A stretch of DNA of 64,000 nt from Octopus sinensis. Taxonomy: Eukaryota. A model generated the notes under the pieces. It was given only the letters and a program-made list of their open reading frames with translations, was not told where the DNA came from and did not search any database. The stretch is from positions 47,616,001-47,680,000 of the forward strand of contig NC_042999.1 of the NCBI RefSeq assembly GCF_006345805.1, in the 5' to 3' direction. Below, in pieces: positions 1 to 14,457 of the stretch. Every line of letters starts with the position of its first letter. The first letter of the stretch is position 1. The translations under genes and the position numbers were made by a program.

Positions 1-1142
1 TTCCGTACTTTTGGTTTTGATTTGAATTATGCTTATTGAGAAGAGATTTACCTGGTAGATCCAAGGCAACATTGACTTTAAAAGTAATGGCTTTCTGTAA
101 CAAGTGAAACTTCAAAGTAGGATTTGTTGCGTTTGCAAATTCATCATAGTAACAACATAACAACATATATTATAAAAGTACATGCTAATGCTATGTGCTG
201 ATTACGCGATTTGATTCTGAGTTTAGTTTTGTAAGGGAAAATACAATAACGAAAATACGTATATAAATGCAAATGCAAGCATATTTGTGTATGGGTGTAT
301 TTTCAAATTTCATAAAGGATTTCTTAGGCGACGAGTAGAAGCGAAATGTAAAACAAAGTATGAAATAAAATAGAAAGTAAAATAAAATATATATAAATAC
401 AAATATTTATATATGCGTTCATATGTTGCATGCAAGTTGAAACTGAAGTCCAACTGCAAGCTATGACATGTCTTGTACTTAGTGGCTGCTCTAAACTTGT
501 TTCTGCTTGATCCATTGTTTCGCAATTGTTCATGTGAAAACAAAACATTTATCAAGTGTCGCATCGATATATGGCGTTGGTGCAATGTCTCAACAATAAC
601 GCAATGAGATATTGACAATTCAAAATACAATGAAACTACTATGGTAGTGAGTACGTGTAGTGCACGTATGTTAGGGGTATCAAATTGATTTGTAAGACAT
701 CGGTAATATTGACTTAACTTATCCTAGGGAGTGTATATTCAATAGCATATGTGCCATGTGAATACATAACAGCAAATATATCAACGGTTAGATATGGACT
801 TGCACAGGCCATTTCACTTGGTCTGCCTGCTTTTTATTTAACCGCTTTCGAGCTCAGACAGTATTAAGTTGAGATTCCAGTAGAGCAATTTATTGAACTG
901 ACTCGTAAGGTGGGCCCGTGGTTTGTCACTGATTATAAGGTGAATGTTATAACGGTAATGCTTTTGAGGTAGGAGGGACATTGGGCATATATTTGTAGCA
1001 GTGAGCGTCAATGAATTTACACCGGTTTCTAGTAAATAACAGTTAAAATTATCGCAAGTCACAGCTGATCGTCTTAATCCTGAATGAGTTGATTGATAAT
1101 GTAGACGTAGTCAAATGATGCTTAAAAACTAGGATAGGCCTA

Positions 1143-1300
1143 GGAGTGGCTGTGTGGTAAGTAGCATACTTACGAACCACATGGTTCCGGATTCAGTCCC
1201 ACTGCGTGTCACCTTGGGGACGTGTCTTCTACAATAGCCTCGGGTCAAACAAAGCCTTGAGAGTGGATTTGGTAGACGGAAACTGAAAGAAGCCCGTTGC

Positions 1301-1362
<62 letters not shown>

Positions 1363-1560
1363 CTATTTGTCCTTCCAACATCGCTTGGCAACCGATGCTG
1401 GTGTGTTTACGTCCCCGTGACTTAGCGGTTCGGCAAAAGATACCGATAGAATGATTACAAGGCTTACAAAGAGTAAGTTCTGGGGTTGATTTGCTCGAAT
1501 AAAGGCGGTGCTCCAGCATGACCACAGTCAAATGCCTGAAATAAGTACAAGTGTAAAGAG
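1143..1560 (+). mobile_element. tRNA-derived SINE, family A (my label), full length, internal (TA)n
   Basis: Head GGAGTGGCTGTGTGGTAAG...GGATTCAGTCCC (A/B-box like), body GTGGATTTGGTAGACGGAAACTGAAAGAAGCCCG, tail AAAGGCGGTGCTCCAGCATG; same sequence recurs at 4.8, 16.3, 20.6, 23.8, 33.4 and 59.3 kb. Confidence 0.9.
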
Positions 1561-3278
1561 AGAGATAGATGAATCCATGACAGCTGTGAAATCTCAGCTG
1601 ATACTTTTATTTGAAAATATCTGACACAAGGCATATCGTTGTCAACATCAAATAATATTTAGATTGAGTTCACTATTGCAAACCAGCGAAAACAGCTGGA
1701 AACATAGAAAGAACGAGATTTGTATTAGCCTGCAGATCTCAAAAGAAATTGTATCCCTTAATGTATACATGTACACAACCATTTGATACCTCCCTTCTTC
1801 GAACGTATTTTTATTTCTAAATTAATAATATAAATCTTTTTTTATGAATTATTACTTAATCACGTCACCAAATTTATCACTAGGAGTCTGCGATAAATGA
1901 GGCTTAATAGATTTAAAAAGCGGTCAAATTACACGGGAATTTCATCCAGAGCCTCAGTTTGAAATATGATGTTCTCCTGCCAGTAACATATACTTTTGCA
2001 TCGGTGCACACGAGTAAGTGCTCATGCATATATATTTCATTCAATAAATATAAATCTTGAAATTCCTGATGTATGATAGTTTTGTAAATTAACAATGTTT
2101 GTAATATATATATTTCTCGGCCATGTCTACAAAAACCAGCCATATGTATCCACATGATTCATTCATTCAAAATGTATTCTGTTATTGACTTTCTAATTGT
2201 TGTAATTCATTGCTGCTTTTAAATTTTCCAAAAAAAGATGTTAGTAAATGTAATGTCCCATGTTATTCGCGACAGAAACGTCATTGTGTTGTTGCAAGAG
2301 TTTATCCAGCTTGCTAAAAGTAGATGGATATTTCACAGTTGTACTTTCTAGAGATATGTCTTCGAGGTACTTTGTCGCGATTTTTGCCATTATTTGCTAT
2401 AATATTTAACACATAACCATAGGTTGTATGTGTTCGTAAATTCCATTAACATCAATTTCTTAATTAACTTGAGCACAACATCCGAATCTTTAATTTGTAT
2501 TTTAGCATGTCATGGATTCTCTTGTAATTTACAAAACTGAAACTGACAGCCTCAGTTCGAAACATTGGAACTACTTCAAAACATTCTTATAAATAGACAG
2601 TCACGTAGGCGTTAAAGCAAATTAAGTTTTGTCGGTACTCTCTACACACGATCTAACCATATTCAGGGAATCTTCAACATATATTACAACAGTGAAATGT
2701 AGTGCCACACTTTGCAGATGCTTCACAACAGATGGACTTGTGCATCGATGGCTAGAATAATTAATAAGTACATATAAAATATGTCATACCTATGAAGAAA
2801 GGCTTTTAAGAAGAATCTAAAATAACCTTAATGGATAGACTACAGGAATATCAAAATGTTTTAAAGAGAGAAAAGATATTGAAAATTTTAACTACTGAAC
2901 AGATTTAACACAGAAATGTCAAATAGCGCTATGGAATTATATGCAATTAATTCATACAGGAACACGTTGTCTAATTAAAATATCAATGCAGCAATGAATA
3001 AAGGATCAGAAACCGAATTAGTGCTTACGTCAGCTTATGGTTTCTTTTTCTTTTCTTTTTTCTAGAAAATGCCTAAAATTCTGGCATTAGTACCTAGAGG
3101 TAAAGAGTGCTAAGAAATATAGATTAGAGATTAAGACTCTCGTGTCGAGTCCAAGTTTATTTTATGTACACATAATAGAATAAAACAAGGTGTAGATATG
3201 ATAAAGTAAATGTTAACATTTATTTTTAAATAGGACATCCTTACAGTTCTATATTTAGGAGAGGAGGAATTATGTACA

Positions 3279-3547
3279 TTATTTACATTGTTTACATTTG
3301 AGTTGTTTGTCGTTAGCACAACGTATCGGATGATGGCGTAGTGGTTAAGAGCGCGGGCTACTAGCCCCAAAATTCTGAGTTCGATTCCAAGAAGTGATCT
3401 GAATAATAATAATAACATCGAAAAATACCTTAGGAATGAGAATCCAAGACATCTGATGAAAGCTGGAAGGTTTATCAGCCGAAACGTTGTGCTAACAATG
3501 AAACAAGATGAGGACAAATATCCGTCAAATGTAAACAATGTAAATAA
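3279..3547 (+). mobile_element. tRNA-headed SINE (family E) with hammerhead-bearing Penelope-like tail and inverted 5' copy of that tail
   Basis: A box TGGCGTAGTGG 3334-3344, B box GAGTTCGATTCC ~3377-3388, (AAT)n, CTGATGA 3453-3459, GAAACGTT 3481-3488; 3279-3333 is the reverse complement of the tail 3474-3547 with an internal block missing. Confidence 0.8.
3448..3493 (+). ncRNA. Minimal type I hammerhead ribozyme motif (PLE-type)
   Basis: GACAT-CTGATGA-A-AGCTG(gaaggtttat)CAGCC-GAAAC-GT-T-GTGCT; stem III reduced to the ACGT palindrome, predicted GUU site, stem I imperfect. Confidence 0.6.
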
Positions 3548-3614
3548 GGACGTCTTTAACCCGAAACTTTAATCTCACTCGCTCATCCAATCACTCATTC
3601 TCACTTTCTCATTT

Positions 3615-3697
3615 GTACATATATATAAGCACGTATGTACAGATATATAAGCACGTATGTACAGATATATAAGCACGTATGTACAGATATATAAGCA
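3615..3697. repeat. 22-bp minisatellite, about 4 copies
   Basis: Unit GTACAGATATATAAGCACGTAT repeated head to tail. Confidence 0.9.
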
Positions 3698-4799
3698 CAC
3701 ACACACATATATATGAACGCACATCAAATGTGTGTTTGGTAGGCTTACGCACTGGATATAAGGCAGAGTGGCAAGATACTGCCCATAATACCTTTCACTT
3801 GCATTTCGAGGGTGTAACACTGTACATGTCATACAACCAAACGGGAAAAATTAAAGAAGTAAAAAAAAATGAGAAAAGCAGAAAAAGAAACCGATAGAGA
3901 CATATGCAGCTTATTTTTTTTAATCCCAAAGTAGCGCGGTTAAGTTATTGTATTCAAATAGTTTATTTCCACATATACCTCTCCGCTATGCACCACATTA
4001 TTATGATCTGCTATACATAATTTCGAATTACTTGAGGACATATATCTTTAGTGTGTCATTTTCGCAAACACTTCTCTCATCTTTGGATTTATGCCCATGT
4101 GTAAATATTATCCAAAATTGTATGCTAACAAAATTCATAGTTTATATCACATTTCTTCTACAGCACAACTGAAATAATTGAATTTAGCACATCTTTCTTA
4201 ACAACTTAAGAATATATGAGGCTGAAATTTAACAGTTTACATCCACAAATTAACAGTTTAGCTTCTTACCAAGGGAAAGATTGCGAAAAGAATGAACTAG
4301 AGTAGTTTAAAAAAAAATGTAAGTACTTGTGGTATTCCAAGTCATGAAATCTACCTATTAAAATTCAAAATGAGTTAGAATTTAATTTAGACAGAAGAAA
4401 ATGACCAGAACAACTAACTTGGACTTTTAGCATAGATACATTACCCTAAATAGATACATTACTCGAACGTATTGTTGATTATATTGACTCAAACGTTCAA
4501 TATATTGACTCTGTCGTAAAATGGGGCATTGTTTTATCGTTATCGGTTCAGATAACTGATCGTACGTGAGACAACGCTATACCGACTATGATTGATACTT
4601 GGTTTAAGATTCCGTTATTAACAGTAAGTTATTTCAGTGGACGCACTCGCACTTTGAAATCATATAACCGTTAGAAACATCACAAAAATACCCTGAACAA
4701 ATCAGGGACAATCATTGATTAAATGCAATGATCATAGCAGGTAAAGGAATTTGAAGGTAGCACAGAAATCTACTGGGTAACTAAACATGTGTTCCTTTC

Positions 4800-5252
4800 A
4801 AGAGCGGCTGTGTGGTAAGAAGCTGCCTTCCCAACCACATGGTTCTGGGTTCAATCACACAGCGTGGAAACTTGGGCAAGTGTCTTCTACTATAGCCTCG
4901 GGCCGAACAAAGCCTTGTGAGTGGATTTGGTAGACGGAAACTGAAAGACGCCCGTGGTATATATATATATATATATGCATGTTTGTGTGTTCGTGTTTGT
5001 CCCTCCACCGTCGTTTGACAACCGATGTTGGTGTATTTATAACCCCGTACCCTAGCGGTTTGGCAAAAGAGACCGATAGAATAGGTACTAGGCTTAAAAA
5101 GAATATACGTTATTCACATAATTTACATTTCACAGATATATGTCCTCATCTTGTTTGTTGTTAACCTTCATCAGGTGTCTTGGGGAAATTTCGAACCTGC
5201 GTTCTGATTCCTAAGGTATTTTTCGATGTTATCATCATTATAATCATCATCA

Positions 5253-5305
<53 letters not shown>

Positions 5306-5327
5306 ATTATTATTATTATCATTATTA

Positions 5328-5397
<70 letters not shown>

Positions 5398-5550
5398 TAT
5401 TCAGGTCACTGCTTTGAATCTAACTCGGAATCTTGGGGTTAGTAGCCTGCACTCTGAAACACTACGCCATATGTCCTTGGGTCGATTTGTTCGACTAAAG
5501 GTGGTGCTCCAACATGGTTGCAATCAAATGACTGAAACAGGTAAAAGAAA
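4800..5550 (+). mobile_element. Family A SINE interrupted by a family E insertion
   Basis: 5' part ends ...TAGGCTTAAAAAGAATA near 5107; the tail resumes GTCCTTGGGTCGATTTGTTCGACTAAAGG at ~5473. Confidence 0.85.
5117..5472 (-). mobile_element. Family E SINE, second copy, ribozyme 3' half deleted, expanded (ATT)n
   Basis: Minus strand reads ATGGCGTAGTG...CCCCAAGATTCCGAGTTAGATTC, (AAT)n, CCCCAAGACACCTGATGAAGG fused directly to TTAACAACAAACAAGATGAGGAC. Confidence 0.85.
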
Positions 5551-5968
5551 AAAAGAATATGGATATGTGCATTGGATAAAATCAGAATATTTAGAAAAAT
5601 GAAACAAAAAATTGAGGCCAAAACGTTAGTGAGAGTCAAGTTCAAAGATAGACCCGTAAGCAATGTAAACTCTGTGTCACCTTCATGAAAGATTATTTAA
5701 ATGTTAATTCGTTAATGCTCCTGTATAAGTACTTGTAGATTGTTCACTGGGCAAGGTGGAATTCACAAACTTGAGCTGATGTCGGAAAATAATATTATCA
5801 ACGTGATCCATTCGCATGCTTATCTGATGAAGTAAGCATGACTTTAAAGATGAGTGGAAATTATAAGTAAACAATTTTAAATAGTACCGCTACGAGCAAA
5901 AAACGCAATGAAAAATAAACCTTATAGTGAGGCTGAACTAATTAGGTATGGTTATTTGATTTCGTGTG

Positions 5969-6218
5969 GAGGCGCGTGGACTAATGGTTAGGGTGTCAGC
6001 ATCATGGTCGTAAGATTGCGGTTTCGATTCCTGGACCGGGCGACGCGTTGTGTTCTTGAGCGAAACACTTCATTTCACGTTGCTCCAGTCCACTCAGCTG
6101 GCAAAAATGAGTAACACTGCGATGGACTGGCGTCCCGTCCAGCTGGTAATCACATACACCATTGAAACCGGAAAACCGGGCACATGAGCCTGGCTAGGCT
6201 TTAAAAGGGCACATTTAT
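5969..6218 (+). mobile_element. tRNA-derived SINE, family C, with 17-bp target-site duplication
   Basis: tRNA-like head (GTGGACTAATGGTTAGGG...GGTTTCGATTCC); TTATTTGATTTCGTGTG at both 5952-5968 and 6219-6235. Confidence 0.9.
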
Positions 6219-7755
6219 TTATTTGATTTCGTGTGAGAAAAGTAAACAGCATTAATGTACCTAAAGTTCAGTTGAAATATTATCATAATTTTCGAAATGT
6301 AACGGATACTTAAATATTACCATAAAACATATCAAAAATCACGATGAAATATGGAAATTTGAACGCGTTGATATTTCAGTAATATTATTCGTTAATAAAA
6401 GATCATCTTCAATAACAAATAAACACCAACGTAGACGTATTGATCGCAGATATATGACATAAAATATCCACCTACTATTAAGTAAAACACTGAGAATAAG
6501 CAAACCGAAACTATATGGAAGAAAATCAATAATTATGAGATACTATGTATAGACCATCATGAAATGAAGCACAAAGTGTGTAATAAATAGGAATGCAGTC
6601 GTCTACACGTCGATTGGATGATATATGATACAACAAGGCACGTTTGTATTACAGTCAAAGTATGCACCATTATTTTGTTATCCAATAAGATTTGTGACTG
6701 TATTTCGCAAAAGTGCAATGGTAAAATATGAGGATATTAGAATTCTTTCCGTATCATAAATATATTTATTTATTTATTTATTAAAACCTGATGAAATATC
6801 ACGAAGTTGACGGTTATAAATATTGACACCAGGTCAATGTATCACGATGAAGGAGAAATATTTTTTCGAAAACATAAAACAGCGCACTATTTTAAGAAAG
6901 TTCTATTCTATCACTCGGAGATACGGGGATTTTAAAGAAGTAGTTTACTGCGACGGTGCTTATATTCATGCTTCTGAATTAATATTTCCAACAAATACAA
7001 AAACGAAGAGCCAATTGGCAAAGAAAAAGGAAGCTAAACAATGCAATAAATGTATCGAAAGATAGTGCTATGATGACTCCGGCTAAATTCGGCCAAGAAG
7101 GATTCGATGGCATGATCGGGTATGAAGTTTCACTAATTACCAGAAAATGTCTTCTGGGTTGGCATACCCTTACATGCCGTAGATGTGGCAGATTTAGACA
7201 CTCTGCGCTCTTTTAAATTACTTTGTAAGAAATTCAACTGGTAAAATTATGGTTAACATTTAGATATACATTATATATCAGGCAATCTCCCTCTCACTTT
7301 CTTTCATTCTTTCTTTCTTTCCTTCTTTCTTTCTTTCTTTCTTTCTTTCATTCTTTCTTTCTTTCTCTCTCTCTCTCTCTCTCTCTCTTCATATATATAT
7401 AGAGAGAATAGGAGACAAAACACCTCTTTATTTCATCGATTATAGATGTTTCAGTATTCAATGACACATGATATCACACTATAGATGGAATTTATAGGCA
7501 CACCGCATATGAGCAGCAGGCATAAACAATCGTTCGACTGATGATGTGTGTAGTTATGGATGATGCTCCTATGATATGTATCTATGGACTGCATCTATAT
7601 TGCGACCTTCAGTGTTACCGAATACTGAAATAAAGAAGTACGAATTTTAAGTCCAACATCTTTTTATCTCTCATTATTCATGCGCACTTATGAATTCCGT
7701 CATGGCCCACATCAGACTGTCTAGGAACCCCTGTGAATATACATAATCGTTGACA

Positions 7756-8048
7756 TTTAAGAGCTAAAACGTAAAGAGAATATTTGTGCGCTCAGCGCAC
7801 CCGGCCCCGTACTAGCTAAATATCTTGAAACTCTCCACAATGTACTTCGAAAGAAGGTTACGGTTCAAGAGCTTTACGGTTTTAGGGGCTTACGGTCCTG
7901 AATGTTTATCATGGAATATATTTTTATGCACTTAGCGCATCCATCCCATGCTAAGTGAATATTTTGAAACTATCCCAGATAGTATTTAGAACGAAGTTTA
8001 CGGTCTCGGAGATTTATGATTCTGTGCACACAAATTTAGCTCTTTAAA
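7756..8048. mobile_element. Possible MITE with short TIRs, TTAA-like flanks and two diverged internal ~140-bp repeats
   Basis: TTTAAGAGCTAAA at left versus TTTAGCTCTTTAAA at right; internal duplication of ATATTT..GCGCTCAGCGCA...TTGAAACT...TTACGGT. Confidence 0.4.
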
Positions 8049-11006
8049 CACCATAGTATTGAGGAATTATGATTTCTGCATGGTCCAGGCACTCTACTAT
8101 TATATCTATCGCACCGAAGGTTGACTATATTCTCATCCGATGGTCATGCAATCAATTTTGTAATTTTTACTATCTTATAGTATAATGTTATTTTCCCCAA
8201 GACGTAAAACGATTTGTGAGTAATAGAAAATATATCTCCTTACAGATGACATTTGTTTGGGTTATTTTAGCTGAATTTTGATGTTTACTGTTTTAGAGAT
8301 TTCTGAAGCTATATACTGATATTGATGAATTCGTACAACACTCATACTATGAAAGTAAAATTTAATATATGATTTGGTGGCCCTATTTTCAGAGTTACTG
8401 CAAAACATTGGTGATTTAATTATTTCTTTCCCGAATAAATTCCAACGTGTTTGGAATGCATTTCGAATAAAAGTTATGTCGAGAATAATTCTAAATATAC
8501 ATTGTGTATTTGGCTATATTTCCAGTATTCTATATAGAGTGAATATTATATTTGAATTCTGAGTATAGGGAAAACGAAAGTAAAAGATTAATGAACCGTG
8601 TTCCGATAGTAACTTCAGTTAGATGATTCTACTTGATATTGGTAATTAGATAAATGTTGTGTATATTGTCTAACGTTAGTTGTTCAGCCGAAGGAGAATA
8701 CTTTTAAGATAACTTTCCGTGACTTGAAATATAAAAGAAAAATATATGGTCAGTCGTCTTTTGATCCAGCTGGTGCTATGTATCCAATACAACGTAGATA
8801 TCCACATGAAATGTATTGTTTTGCCTATAACAAGGAAATTATGTTATTATTGCAATTCATCACTCTGTAGTTAGTATCATTATGGTGACATCGTTGATAG
8901 TTTTCGTGCAATTAAGAATTATATTTATTCTTTTGTTATTATTAAATTGTTTTCGAGATGTTTAAAATAAGTAAACGTAATTACACCGGATTCTTCAAAA
9001 GTTACTACAAATGTTGCCGCACCGAAAAATAGCCTCGATAACAAAGAAAATAACGCCATAAGATGAAGTTATTTTCATGTCATTAAAATATACTCAACTA
9101 GTTTGATAAAATGAATATGGTTCGCTGTCAGTTATGAAACTTTTCATAATGCAATTTCTCATCCAATACATTTTCAATGGAATAAGTGTAAATAATAATT
9201 AATTACTAATAAGTGAAATTTTATTGACCCGATAGATAGTGTCTATCTCACGACAAAATGAATTTCAATTTTTGATATAAAGCGAGCAATTTCGGGCGAG
9301 AGGTAAGCTGATTAAATTGATTGCAGTGTTCAGTTAGTATTTATCTTATCAACCCCGCAAGGATTAAACGCTAAACAGATCTCGAAGGATTAAAGGCAAA
9401 GTCGATCACAGTAGATTCTGAACTCGCGGACAATATGCCGCTAATTATTTTGTCCGACATGCTAAAGATCCTACAAGCACACAACAAAATGAATGCAATT
9501 TTAAACAGTATTGTTGTGTTTTGATTACAAAATATGCTATTGTTTCAACAAAATAATATAAACTTTCACAAGATTGTTCAAATGATTGATCAGTGACAAT
9601 TTATATCATAGTAGCTTGTACAAACTTCATAACACCTTATAAAGACAGCAAATACACTTATTAAGGGATCTAAAATATGCACGCAGCAAGTAACATATTT
9701 TTCGATTGAATTCTATCATTCACAAAAGATTTCATTATCAAATACTTTCATTCCGCTTTAGCTAATCATCTTCCGTTTAACCATGCTTTCTAAATTCTTG
9801 CTATTATAAAAGGAATAATTGCCAGTCAGATAAAATGATTTGGTCTTACTTTAATACATGTAAAGACATTAATTTATTTTTATCAGTAGCAATAGTATTA
9901 CATAAGTTATATGTATTTATAACAGAATTAGGTATTAGATAATGAAAGCACTGTGACTGCTTATTGACAAATATTTTTATCAATTTTCTTGTCATGGCAA
10001 TAGCTTCCACACACTGCGCCGATTATTAAAACGCATCTCAAAATTGGCTTCATTTTAACATGTAATCAATTATTTAAAATCAAATTTAGTAGAAAATCAT
10101 GCTGCTCAATTAAATTCGTACAACATTCAGGTATACTAGAAATAGGTTTTTCTCTTGTCCTTTATTATGATAAATATTTTCCGTCTACCTATTGCTATGG
10201 TATAGAAAATTCTGAAAATTATGGAAATAAATAAAAGGAGCCAAAGAACACATGAATATTATACATATGGTATTATACATCCGTTATTTGTGAGCAACTA
10301 CTGCTGAAAGAGTGAAATCATGTATATATAAGTACTTATATAAAGTACCGAAGCAATAAGTGATGTAAGCTCTTTCCACGAAAACAGTAAAAATGTCGAT
10401 GTAGAATTAGCTGAAGTGTTTGTAATCCAAACGGCATACTGCACATTTGATAGGAGGATATCGTATAAAATTTCAAAAGGAGACCACAAATATGGAGGAA
10501 AAGCAACATACTGCCGTTCGAACTCTCGGCCTAAGTGTGTTATTTAATTCTAAAGAAAATGTTATTTAAGCTTTCAGATTTCCTGTTTATTGGACATCCG
10601 GTAACTGACACACAAGCGTCATTCAGTTATTGAGCAGCCGATCACATTTTATAATAAAACATTCCTCTCAGAAATATTGCTGCATGGATTGCCGCAGTGA
10701 ATTCGCATTCAAAAATGCAGCTTAATTTATCCTTACTGGTAAAAGTTCTGAAGTAACATAGTGGGGAACAAAAAGGAAAAATAAAAAGCACCATCTTTTT
10801 TAAATCAGTGAAAAATAGAAAACCTATTCTGTTAAATAAGTGCAAATTTTTAAACGTTTTGTCATAAAAATGCAAAACAATTTGATCGTATTTTTTCCTG
10901 TAAAACCCCAAGCACTTGTTATCTGTACGATACCGTTTTTCCAAGTAATTTGGTGACGAATGAGGAGAAAGAAAATCGGAAAGAGATAGAAAATTGTATG
11001 ATTCTG

Positions 11007-11079
<73 letters not shown>

Positions 11080-11082
11080 CAT

Positions 11083-11425
11083 TAAGACGGCGAGCTGGCA
11101 GAAATCGTAGCGCGCCGGACGAAATGCTTAGCGGCATTTCACTCGTCGCTACGTCCTAAATTCAAATTCCGCCCAGGTTCACTTTACCTTTCATACTGTT
11201 GGGGTCGATCAAATAAATACCAGCTGAACAAACACTGGAGTCGATATAATTGATTCATCCGCTCCCTCAAAATTGCTACCCTTGTGGCAAAATTTGAAAC
11301 CATTATTATTGTTGTTGTTGCAGGGTCGATAAATTAAGTACCAGTTGCGTACTGAGGATGATGTAATGGACTGGCCCATCCCACCAAATTTCATGCCTTG
11401 TGCCTATAGCAGAAAAGGATTATTA
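11083..11425 (+). mobile_element. tRNA-derived SINE, family B, with duplicated 3' part
   Basis: Head GACGGCGAGCTGGCAGAA..., TTCAAATTCCGCC, GGGGTCGAT..AAGTACCAG occurring twice; preceded by (ATT)n at ~11010-11080. Confidence 0.85.
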
Positions 11426-12159
11426 TTGTTTTTGCTTTCCACATCTTCAATGTGACTGATTATATATATTATTTGATTTATCTAACCATCGATAGGATTT
11501 CATCACTGGGAATCTATGTGAATTCATTCACTATTCGTTGGTAATAAATAGAACATTGTATATGGTATACAGAGCATAGGTAGTAGTGTGTACGTTTTCA
11601 TGGATTAGCTGGCAGATTCGCTACACTGCCGGAAAAACTGCTTAGCGGCATCTCTCCCGGCTCTTTACGTTCAAACGTTTACAGATAACAGATTTGCCTT
11701 TCCTAATTTCGACTTTCATAGAAAATGTACCATTTGAGCACTGATGACGACGTAATCGATTTTCCGCCACTATCCAAAATTACTAATAATTCACTATGCG
11801 AATTATTATAAAGAAATTATAACTGAACAGAGTTTACTCAGTAGATATCATATATAGCAAGAACACCAATATTAGCACACTCAGACATTCACACATTCAT
11901 ATGAGTGGAATACATAACTACGGAGATTTAATCTTGTTAGAAATGTGTGTCCAAATGTGGTGTTTAAGTTATTATTCTTATTATTGGGGAAACGTTTGGA
12001 TCGCTTACTGCTGGCTGAGAAAGTTAATCTAGACCCAGTTAAACGGATTAATGTATCCCTGAATAAATATATGGTAATACAAGTACCCATGCCTCGAAAT
12101 AATAAACGCACACGCATGTATATTATATTCTTCTATGTAGGCACACACATATGTATATA

Positions 12160-12420
<261 letters not shown>

Positions 12421-14328
12421 TTTTGACTGAAGGCGTCGATCCCAGTTGACTACTCGCAGAATTTGAACCTAGAAAGTGAAGACAGACGAAATGCCATTAA
12501 GCATTTCTTCCGGAATGCAAACACTTGTGGCAGCTCGCCACCTGTCGACATTTCATTGCTCAGTGACACTTCGAGGCTGGAATCCCTACACTCAACCACA
12601 GATCGGTTTATTTAAGATATGAACTAGATTTTATTATTCACTTGATACTCAATTTTTGTATCTTTAATCTGTTTAAACCATATTATGATGCTTATCCTAC
12701 TATCTATTTATTATAAACCCATTTTTATCGCTCCAGACATACTCAGTCGCTGTCTGACCACTGAAGCATAACATTTTCTTTCTGTATTTTAATAATCAGT
12801 TTGATATTTTTGAATTTTAAGGCTTAAATTATATTATTTTATCATTTTATAGTCGTGAATAAAAAATAAATAAATCAAGATTAAAAATTGAATTATTTCA
12901 CACTCTGTTAACACTCGCATGAAAATAAAAATAAAAGTATTTATATACAGTATGTCCAATCATTGCTTAAAATGTGTTTATTCGAGGTTAAACCTCGCAA
13001 TACAATGTCCTAAGATAGAACTTTTTCATGTGTAGAAACGAAAGTGCATAGAGTCAGAAATCTCAGAAAATAATTTGCCACAAGTTGTTATGTCTCTGTA
13101 TGTTCGATGTCCGAAATCCACCGTGAGTGCAATTCTGATTCGTAATCGAATACATGAGAGAGGCAACAAAATATATAACAAAGGAGCATGGATCGGTAAA
13201 ATCTACTCCAAATTCCGACCATATCTCGATAATTATAAAGCAAACCAGTATCCTAAAGTATCCAGGGCTGCGAAACTGTACGTTCTATTATAAAATCTGA
13301 ACTTGGTATATTCTGTGGCTTTCAATCAAGATTTATAATATTATGCAAGTACTAACATATTAAAAAAATAAATTGACGAAGTCCCTCGCATGTAAAGACG
13401 TTCTCATATCTGAGGATTTCATATTTACATGACTTAGGAACCGTAAAAACAAAATATACATACATGCATACATAATATATATATATATATATATATAATA
13501 TATATATATAATATGTGTGTGTGTGTGTGTGTGTGTGTGTATTTATATATATATGTATATGTATATATATATGCCTGTATACATATATATATATATATAT
13601 TATATATATATATATATGTGTGTGTGTGCCTGTGTCTGTGTGTTTAGAATGAAGTTATACCATTTAAATGACAATATCGACCTCAGGGCGAAGTCACTTC
13701 TGATTTCACAATGCACAGTATTTGTCTGATACTGATTAATTCAAGATTTCTCATGCAGATAAATTTAATGTCATGTAGCAAGCGTTCAAAACGTTTTAAG
13801 AAAAACACATTACAGATACGCCATACTTTATATAGTACAGTTATCGATGTTTTATCTCTACTTTCATTTTAATCTGAATGTAGATTTTTTTTATCAAAAT
13901 ATCCTTTTTCTGGGCTAACCCACCCAAATACACACAAAAGAGAAATACAAATTTAGACCATCCCATATATATATATGCATCACTAACATTATGAATATTG
14001 TGTATGTGCGTCTTTGTGTATGAGAGTGTCTGCGTATTTGTGTGTTGCTTATGTGTTTACGTTTATCTATGTATGTATTTGTGTATATGGTGTATATATG
14101 TGTGTATATATGTATGTATGTATATACGCACGCACATTTAAATATATATGCATTTACATAAATGCATACATAATACACCCACACAGAGAATACACGCGCG
14201 CACACAAACACTCCCATAGACACAAACACACGTAAATAGTTATGTGTTTGTATTTATATATATATACATACAACTGTATATATATATTATATATATATAC
14301 ACTCATACACACATACATACATACTTAT

Positions 14329-14363
<35 letters not shown>

Positions 14364-14382
14364 CATACATATATATATATAT

Positions 14383-14457
<75 letters not shown>

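Noticed and set aside
52-94. 43-nt minus-strand segment between TTACAG and GTAAAT
   Set aside because: Two frames open, no recognisable peptide; expected by chance in AT-rich DNA
3334-3395. tRNA-like heads of the SINEs as true tRNA genes
   Set aside because: No complete cloverleaf or acceptor stem, and each continues into a SINE body
6823-7230. ORF and downstream FDGMIG peptide faintly like the glutamate-receptor ligand-binding domain
   Set aside because: Only 4-5 residues match, with no coherent splice structure
8295-8562. Two in-phase plus-strand segments RFLKLYTDIDEF... and LLQNIGDL...
   Set aside because: The implied intron is only 38 nt and no homology is recognised
10642-11082. 146-aa minus ORF and overlapping plus-strand NIAAWIAAVN exon-like segment
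   Set aside because: ORF starts in an (ATT)n tract; the PH-helix-like resemblance is too short to support
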